The position numbers were made by a program, and so were the translations under genes. The notes beneath the pieces are model-generated. The model did not search any database. It saw nothing but the letters and a program-made list of their open reading frames with translations, and had not been told where the DNA came from. A stretch of 64,000 bases of DNA, from contig OX597837.1 in NCBI GenBank assembly GCA_951406725.2, forward strand, positions 40,114,001-40,178,000. Reading direction: 5' to 3'. The stretch is from Octopus vulgaris (Eukaryota). Shown piece by piece: positions 55,156-64,000 of the stretch (its first letter is position 1; every line of letters begins with the position of its first letter).

Positions 55156-55391
55156 AATTTGCTTTCGTATATAATACCTTTGCAAATTTCCTTAGTTTGA
55201 ATAAAATCCTTCTTCAAAGTTTAGAGGTCGAATTTTATGTACATACATGCATTAATAAATAAATAAATAATCAAATACATGTGTACATGGAAACATGAAT
55301 ACTTATATATTTGAATATAGAGCGATAAATATCGTTACACGATATGTATCTATTTGCAAACGAATATGACATACATGCATACATACATACA

Positions 55392-55437
<46 letters not shown>

Positions 55438-55640
55438 CTACAAAATTAGAGAATGGAGAAACATACTTAAATCAGTAAAACATCAACTATCCGATGATAC
55501 TCAATCCATACTTTAATACACCATTACATATGAGTAAAGGCAATATATAAAATGAAATGAGATATACAGTAATAGTAAAAGTAAAAAGATAAAGAGATAT
55601 AAGTAAAAAATTTCAAATATAATATGCAAATAAATCAAAA

Positions 55641-55748
55641 CTGACAGCTGTTTCGGCAGTGAGGACAGTCATACCTCATTTAACCTATAAGCCATAAAGG
55701 CAGGTATAAATGAGGCATTAACAAGGATGCCCCACGGCCTCTTCAGAG
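55641..55748 (-). ncRNA. Hammerhead candidate (weak stem I)
   Basis: Minus CT-CTGAAGA-GGC...GCC-GAAAC-AGCT-GTC-AG. Confidence 0.55.
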
Positions 55749-56088
55749 AATTAAATTAAATTTGTTATAATAGTGAAAAATATTATATAATCATATACAT
55801 ATAAATATAAAAATATAAAAATGTAAAATATAAAAACTTATACATCATAATGCTACACTTATATAATATAATACACATTTGTACAAAAAGGAAGGTAAAC
55901 AGAACAATATAAAACAAAATATATAACAGTGTATATATTAATATTAATAAGTACCGATATTATACATATTTGGCTAATAGTTTTTTTTATAAAAAAAAGG
56001 GCTAACACATATGGAGATGAAAAATAATAATTAAATCCGTGGTACAGTTCATAAAATTCTAAAGCTATAAAAGTTAATAAAAATTACT

Positions 56089-56140
<52 letters not shown>

Positions 56141-56329
56141 TAATAATAATAAAAAAAAAAATACTAAAAATAGATACAGTTAAGTTATCACCAAGTCCAT
56201 CCTTTCAACATACTGCAATGCATACATGCACTCACACAAGCACACACACATACGCATGCGTGTACGTGTAGTGTTCTTGTATTTATAATGTAGTCATATA
56301 ATTATTCTCTGCTTGATTATGTCCATTGT

Positions 56330-56570
56330 AATCATCGTCATCATAATCGTCGTCATCATCATAGTTAGTACCGTCATCACACGAACCAACACCCCCCGCC
56401 GCCGCCACTACCGAAACCACCACCACCACCACCACCACCACCAGCACTACAATCATAATCATCATCCTCATCGTCATCGTCATTTTCAACATCATCACTG
56501 TCATCATCATCATCATCATCATCATCTTCCTCCTCCTCCTCCTCCTCATCATCATCATCATGATCATTAA

Positions 56571-56633
<63 letters not shown>

Positions 56634-56672
56634 AAAAATCATCATAATCATCATCATCATCATCATCATCAT
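56330..56672. repeat. (CAT)n/(CAC)n microsatellite
   Basis: Direct reading. Confidence 0.9.
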
Positions 56673-57329
56673 AAAACTCCTCAGATCGATATCGATCTCT
56701 GCGCTTATTGACCGTGAGCTTTATTCCTCACAGATCCCCGATCCTAGCTTTTCATTTCCAATTTCTTTTTGCTTCCAAGTGAGCCCTAATCGACCGAATC
56801 TGTGATCAAAGGGATTTCAGCCATTAATCTCTGAGACCATTTTCTTTCTCTCCTCTTTTAACTCCCAGGGGTCCACTGCGGTAGTTTAAATCAATATAAT
56901 TCGCATGATAAACATAGGGCATGGTCAGTATTAAGAGCCCCGCCCTGCTATTACACAACACGAGACGTGGGAGTTAGGTGTGGCGTATTTTCTATGACAA
57001 TTATCTTCACCTCTAAGATGTAATATGATTATTTCTAATTTTGTTACAAGGCTAGCAATTTGGGGCTGAGAGAGGGCAAGTCAATTAAGTCGATCCAGAG
57101 TTCAGCTGGTTCTTATTTTATCGACCGAGAAAGGACGAAAGGCAAATCGCCATGGGCGATATTTGAATTTAGAACGCACGAAGATGGGAGAAATACCGCT
57201 AATGCATTTTGTCTGCCATTTTGTCGCATTCGGATATGATGATGATAATGGATCATCTCGTCTCTGTAAGGCAGCAAACTGGCAGAATCGGTACCGTGCT
57301 GGACGAAATGTTTCGTTCGTCTTTACGAA

Positions 57330-57985
57330 AGGCGGTGAGCTGGCAGAAACGTTAGCACGCCGGGCGAAATGCTTAGCGGTATTTCGTCTGCCGTTACGTT
57401 GTGAGTTCAAATTCCGCCGAGGTCGACTTTGCCTTTCATCCTTTCGGGGTCGATAAATTAAGTACCAGTTACGCACTGGGATCGATGTAATCGACTTAAT
57501 ACCTATGTCTGTCCTTGTTTGTCCCCTCTGTGTTTAGCCCCTTGTGGGTAAGAACGAAATAGGTATTTCGTTCGTCTTTACTAAAGGCGGTGAGCTGACA
57601 GAATCGTTAGCACGCCGGGCGAAATGCCTAGCGGTATTTCGTCGGTCTTTGTGTTCTGTGTTCAAATTCCGCCGAGGTCGACTTTGCTTTTCATCCTTTC
57701 GGGGTCGATTAAATAAGTACCAGTTACGCACTGGGGTCGATATAATCGATTTAATCCGTTTTTCTGTCCTTGTTTGTCCTCTCTGTGTTTAGCCCCTTGT
57801 GGATAGTAAAGAAATAGGTATTTCGTCCGTCTTTACGTTCTTAGTTCCAATTCCGCAGAGTTTGACCTTTGCCTTTCATTCTTCGGGGGTTCGATAAAAT
57901 AATTACCAGTTGAGTACTGGGGTCGGTGTAAGCAACTTACCCGTTTCTTCAAAATTTCTGGCCCTGTACTACAATCCGAATGGGA
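57330..57985 (+). mobile_element. Tandem SINE-B copies nested in an older B-like SINE
   Basis: Two full heads at 57330 and 57585, each preceded by TTTCGTTCGTCTTTAC; older host head at about 57268 resumes at about 57820. Confidence 0.8.
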
Positions 57986-58297
57986 TATTAGACTATCTGT
58001 GTATTTGATCAAGTAGTTAATTTATCGAAAATGGAAGACTGTAAGACAAAGTGGACCACGACTGAATTATCTTTGAGTATACATTGTCTGGGAGACTTTT
58101 CTTATAGTAGAGGAAATAGCTAAAGTTTTTTGGCTGCTATTTCTAAAAGTTCGGTGTGTGGTAAGGTAAATTATTTTACTGAACCCTAATTATATAACGT
58201 AATGTTTTAACTATACCGTAAATGGTCTTTTTACATACTGAACACTACTTGGTAAAATTATTAATTAATAATTAATTAATTTTACCCTTTTATTATT

Positions 58298-58344
<47 letters not shown>

Positions 58345-58424
58345 ATATATCGCCATGTTGATTCGCTAGCTTCTGCACGCATTTTTTTCTCTCCTTGCTT
58401 CTCTCCGTGTTTCTTTTCTGTGTA

Positions 58425-58462
58425 TCTTTCTGTTGAAGAGCGTAGGCCCGAAACGTAAAAGA
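58425..58462 (+). ncRNA. Atypical minimal hammerhead-like motif
   Basis: TCTTT-CTGTTGAA-GAGC-gtag-GCCC-GAAAC-GTA-AAAGA within repeat 58330-58560. Confidence 0.45.
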
Positions 58463-58803
58463 CTTGTTTTATTTATATTCCTGAGCGCCATACTAATACA
58501 ATTGTTTATTTGTACTCCACCTGCCTTCGTCTTTTGTTTATTTTCGTAAAGCTTCCCGTTATATATATATATATATACCACCTATATAAATGTTTGATGC
58601 TTACTAACTTCCTGCATGAAATTCGTTGCTTTGTACTATATATACATATATGTGTGCCTTCATGTGTGTATACGTGTGTGTGTGTGTGTGTGTGAATATA
58701 TCACCTTTCTTATATATGTATATATGTATATATATATATGTATACACCCATACACACACGCACATAAACACACACGCACACACCTATGTATATATAAGAA
58801 CTG

Positions 58804-59193
58804 GTGGAGGCGCAATGGCCCAGTGGTTAGTGCAGCGAACTCGCGGTCATAGGATCGCGGTTTCGATTCCCAGACCGGGCGTTGGGAGTGTTTATTGAGC
58901 GAAAACACCTAAAAGCTCCACGAGGCTCCGGCAGGGCATGGTGGTGATCCCTGCTGTAATCTTTCACCACAACTTTCTCTCACTCTTACTTCCTGTTTCT
59001 GTTGTACCTGTATTTCAAAGGGCCGGCCTTGTCACTCTCTGTGTCACGCTGAATATCCCCGAGAACTACGTTAAGGGTACACGTGTCTGTGGAGTGCTCA
59101 GCCACTTACATGTTAATTTCACGAGCAGGCTGTTCCGTTGATTCGGATCAACCGGAACCCTCATCGTCGTAACCGACGGAGTGCTTCCATTCC
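58804..59193 (+). mobile_element. SINE family C, tail variant 1, full length
   Basis: tRNA-like head; TSD ATATATAAGAACTG at 58790-58803 and 59194-59207. Confidence 0.9.
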
Positions 59194-59563
59194 ATATATA
59201 AGAACTGTTCTCACTTGCTATTTGTTAATTATAACACCTGCTCTAAGGAGCGGAGTGAGTTTCAATACATCAAGAATTTATAAGGCAAGGAATTTAATAT
59301 ACCTGTATCTGTCTTTGGTGCTGATATATATATATATATATATATATATACGCCAGTGGCCTCTTCGAGATATCTCTTGTTTTCTTGTCGTTGCTGTTGC
59401 TGTTGTTGTTGTTGTTGTTATTGTTTCATAATATGCTCATTAAGAAGAAATGGTAAACGTTTATCCGAGAAATCTACGACGACAATGTAAATATCAGATA
59501 CGAAGAGAATGAAAATAAGAAAATTGGAAGGACAAGAAGAGAGGGAGAAAGTGATAAAGACAG

Positions 59564-59601
<38 letters not shown>

Positions 59602-59657
59602 GAGCTTGAGATGGCTGTAAAGATTTATAAATATGTGCATAAAACTATGTATGAGGT

Positions 59658-59702
<45 letters not shown>

Positions 59703-59773
59703 CATTCCGAATTCATTTGCTCATCAATCTAGACCCGCAGCGATTTTCACATATTTCCCTTTTGTGTATTTCT

Positions 59774-59817
<44 letters not shown>

Positions 59818-59979
59818 TTGTATCTACCTTTTATCTTAATATATGTATGTATGTATATATATATATATATATATATGATATATATGATATATGATATATA
59901 TATATATATATATATGACGCCATGATAAATCGTTAGCCACTACACACATTTTTTTCTCTCCTTGTTTCTTTCTATGTCC

Positions 59980-60015
59980 CTTTCTGTAGAAGAGCGTAGG
60001 CTCGAAACGTAAAAG
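59980..60015 (+). ncRNA. Atypical minimal hammerhead-like motif
   Basis: CTTT-CTGTAGAA-GAGC-gtag-GCTC-GAAAC-GTA-AAAG within repeat 59915-60108, homologous to 58330-58560. Confidence 0.5.
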
Positions 60016-60104
60016 ACTTTTTCTATTCCTGAGCGTTATACTAATACATCTGTTTGTTTTATACACCACCTGTCTTCGTTTCTTTTGTTTTTCTCGTAAA
60101 CTCT

Positions 60105-60151
<47 letters not shown>

Positions 60152-60315
60152 CGCCGCGCTTACGCGAATACTCTGAGCATTTTCACTCCCTTACCTTTAC
60201 TCCCTCGCCTCACTTAGCGATCATTCAAATAACCCTTTTGTCTTAATAACGGTCAATCACACAGTAATTTCCCTTTGTTTAACGGTAATTTTCACACCAT
60301 TTTTTCCGATGGTCG

Positions 60316-60376
60316 GATAACTGAAGAGATGTCGGCGTGGGTTTCCGCCCCGACATCCGAAACTCGGAGTTTTATC
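60316..60376 (+). ncRNA. Type I hammerhead ribozyme candidate
   Basis: GATAA-CTGAAGA-GATGTCGG...CCGACATC-c-GAA-ACT-CGG-AGT-T-TTATC. Confidence 0.75.
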
Positions 60377-60478
60377 ATGGCTACTGAATAATTGTCACAT
60401 ATTATAATTACAGATAAATTCCTCTATTCACATACTATCGAGGTCTCTTTCATTCTTTTGTTTTCCTACCATTTCTAT

Positions 60479-60512
<34 letters not shown>

Positions 60513-60516
<4 letters not shown>

Positions 60517-60720
60517 AAAGCTCCATGAGACTCCGGCAGGGGTGGTGGCGATCCCTGCTGTACTCTTTCGCCGCAACTTTCTTACACTCTTTCTTCTGTT
60601 GGGTTGCTCGCTTAGCCAGCGGGATGGCGTCATTTGAGGCTAAAATAACGCAAAAAACATTGTGACCAGCGATGTTTAGCAACATCTGATAGCCTGATCG
60701 ATCACGTGATCACGTGATAT
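60513..60720 (+). mobile_element. SINE family C variant 2, 5'-truncated
   Basis: Body and tail ending ATCACGTGATCACGTGAT. Confidence 0.8.
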
Positions 60721-60730
60721 ATATATATAT

Positions 60731-61032
60731 ATCACGTGATCACGTGACCGACCAGACCATCAGATGTTGTTACACATCGCTGGTCACAATGCGTTCGCAT
60801 TGTTTTAGCCTACGAATGACGCCACCCCGCTGGCTAAGCGAGCAGGCCAACAAGAAAGAGTGGGAGAAACAGTGATGAAAGAGTACAGCAGAGATCACCA
60901 CCCCTGCCGGAGCCTCGTGGAGCTTTTTAGGTGTTTTCACTCAATAAACACTCACATCGCCTGGTCTGGGAATCGAAACCGTGATCCTGCGACCGCGAGT
61001 CCGCTGCCCTAACCACTAGGCCATTGCGCCTT
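60731..61032 (-). mobile_element. SINE family C variant 2, full length
   Basis: Tail-to-tail with 60513-60720 across (AT)n. Confidence 0.85.
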
Positions 61033-61977
61033 CATTATATATATATATATACATTTATATACATATATATATATATGTATATACGAGGATAATCCCATAA
61101 GGAAGGTCTCCAAAGGGTTGGGGACGCGGGGAAGCTGTGCGTGCAGCTATTGGCAACACTGTTTGTTGTACATGCGCATGCGCCTACCACTGCCCCTGCG
61201 CCTGCTTCATGCTTTCGACATTTCCGAATTTTCATGCCATAAACTCTCGCTGGGAAGAATAAGGTTTCTAAAATGAATGAGGAATTCGAAGAGTTACATT
61301 GATACAATGCTAGAACACCTGTGAAGTCTACAGGAAATGTGTCCTCCAGGAAGCCTCGACTTCTACTACCCTAACTGTTACTTATAAGTCTGTCTCCTAG
61401 AAATTCACCGTCTCATGAATTCCATATCTATCTATTCTATATCTATATATATATACAGAAAGTATTCCTATACATAGATACATGCACACGTACACACACA
61501 CATACGCACACATACACGCATATATTTTCACTTCTGCATCACCAATCTATATGTAATAATATAACTAATATTAATAATCTTCATTAAGTTTAATTAATAT
61601 TGTATAAATATTTAAACTAATTAGTATTATCTTTGTTTAATTCGGAAATGATTAAAGATATTTCATATACATCTAATGATATTTTTATACTTATGGAAAC
61701 ACATACATTTATACACACATACATATAACATTAATATATATTGATTATGTAATTAATAGAAATTAATAGAAACAGTTTTATTTTATTTTAAATTATATTA
61801 TATATTTAGTATTATTTGTTTTTTATTTTTATATTTTACACTTATACTATATTGTAATTTTTTTAATATTACTTTTTAAAATTATTAGCATACACACAAT
61901 AAACATATATTTCTTAATTTTCTTAGTTTATTGATAAAATCCAATCCATCAACATGTAACTCTTTCTATTGTCTTCT

Positions 61978-62089
61978 AGCCCTGATGAGATTCTACCCAA
62001 TATCATGCTATTGTATTCTAATCTTCGGATTTATTTCAATCTTTGAATTTGCAATTATATATCGGACTGAATTGAAACGTACGTAGGCT
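61978..62089 (+). ncRNA. Type I hammerhead ribozyme candidate
   Basis: AGCC-CTGATGA-GATTC...GAATT-GAAAC-GTAC-GTA-GGCT. Confidence 0.75.
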
Positions 62090-62164
62090 TTATGTGGCTG
62101 TATGTTAATAAATTAATTTCATATCCTTACCAACTCTCCATTCACCTTTTTTAGTCATATATAT

Positions 62165-62272
62165 ATATTGTTATATTTCGGAATGGTCATATTGCCAGTT
62201 TAGCCAATAAAAACACACGCACTATTTTATTGGCTAAACTGGCAATATGACCATTCCGAAATATAACAATAT
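62165..62272. repeat. Perfect 48-bp-arm hairpin
   Basis: ATATTGTTATATTTCGGAATGGTCATATTGCCAGTTTAGCCAATAAAA, 12-nt loop, reverse complement; arm plus loop resembles 43371-43425. Confidence 0.9.
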
Positions 62273-62325
62273 CTGTTTCAACACACGACTTCACATAAAA
62301 AATCTTGCACAACAAATATTTAAAC

Positions 62326-62386
<61 letters not shown>

Positions 62387-63284
62387 CGCATGACATCGAG
62401 TGTAGGTGTATTTACGTCCCGTAAATTAGCAGTTCGGCAAAACAAAACCGAGCGATTAAGTACCAAGCTTGTAAAAATAAGAACTTTCGTCGATTAAACT
62501 TCTTCGAGGCGCTGCCCCAGCCTGGTCACAGTGTGATAATTGAAAAAGCAAATGTTAAAAAAATGTTTCCAATAGAACGATTCAAATGATTAAATTGTTT
62601 AAAATGTTTCTCATACTTTGCCGCATAAATGCAGATCTACTTCATATACAACTATTAGCATTTATACAATATTCAAGCTTACAAATACTTACTATACAAA
62701 GTTTAAAATATGTTTAATTTTAAACTGTTTACAATAAAGCAACGTTTATAATACAATTTCTTTCTTTTTTTGTCATGAGTCTGTTCTTAACGTTATTATT
62801 TACAATTGAAATGATTTAGTTAAAGCTGTAGACACGGAAGTGAGGTTAATATCGCATTGCAAACATGTAACTGCGAACTTGGTTACACTGTCTGACATCT
62901 CGGGCAGGGCTCTTGCGCCATAGATTCGGACAGGCTTATGCCTCATGTATGAAATGTGGTAAGCAGAACTGTATAAAAACTTGCTGTGTGTGTGCGTGTG
63001 TGTGCATGTGTGTCTCGGTCTCTCGCCATTTCTGCACTACCGGGCATTCATAACTACCGTCGTTGTCTGTATTGTCTCCGCACAGGGACCATCCAGACTC
63101 CCGCCTTCACCGTGAACAGGAATTTGATCTTCTCTCTTCGCTCCTTTGCGCCACATGGGCTCAACTTCCTTCCTCTCTTCATCTGACACCTACGTCCTCT
63201 CTTCACAACTACCCACCTTCTCTCTTCATTGATACCCCCCAAACCCCACCTCCATCCCCACCCCCTCATCCGCACACCCACAAA

Positions 63285-63322
<38 letters not shown>

Positions 63323-63819
63323 TGTACATTTATATGTATATCAACGGCGGGCTTTCAAGTAGTTTCCATCTACAAGTTTCATTGACACGTCAGAGACTGA
63401 ACCACGAATCACCTAGATGCGAAGCGAGCTTCTTAACCATACGCCCACGCTTACGCCTATAACCAAATTTCGTTACATAGGAAGAAAACCGAATGAAAAA
63501 TGTGGTGGCCATCAATTGGTTAGTAATGAGCATAAACCGTTCAAAAAGGAATGGTAATTTACTTTGTCATGAAGAATTGGCAAAATAAAATGTCGCTGAC
63601 AAAAGCTTTCATCTTGGAGGAAAACATACTTTCTAATGGCGCCGATTCTACGATGTCATAAAAAAAAGATAAAACTATCGGACGGAGACATTTTTTTTTT
63701 CATTTCGTCACGACAAAACAGATTTATTCTTTTGTTTCTACTAAATACTATACTAGTAGATACTTTGACCAGGTATGTTTAAGCAACACTGCTTCCTCTA
63801 CTCTTGTTTGAAAAATATG

Positions 63820-63881
<62 letters not shown>

Positions 63882-64000
63882 ATATACTCGTACCTGACGA
63901 TTTATTACTGAAAGAAGCAACGTGAATATTTGTTTGAACAAAGACATGGAAATTGTTTCCAAAGCGTATAAGTACAGTGCTAGTTTATGATCTTATAGCA

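Overview
AT-rich, repeat-saturated eukaryotic (metazoan) DNA. The SINE/LINE repertoire and microsatellite load are most consistent with an octopus or other cephalopod intron/intergenic region (inference). No intact protein-coding gene is supported; most listed ORFs are microsatellite or SINE artefacts. Content: several tRNA-derived SINE families (A, B, C, D, labels mine), decayed CR1-like and R4/Dong-like non-LTR retrotransposons, mariner/Tc1 remnants, non-autonomous Helitrons, a deleted 5S rRNA pseudogene and many microsatellites. The main non-obvious signal, read by eye: about 18 type-I hammerhead-ribozyme motifs from roughly a dozen unrelated short non-coding repeats (Penelope-like pLTR/retrozyme-type). 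Several sit in partial-tandem plus inverted (fold-back) units. The clearest is a TSD-bounded insertion at 39194-39781 with a 357-nt period whose hammerhead has a compensatory U3-A8 core. Ribozyme activity is predicted, not shown.
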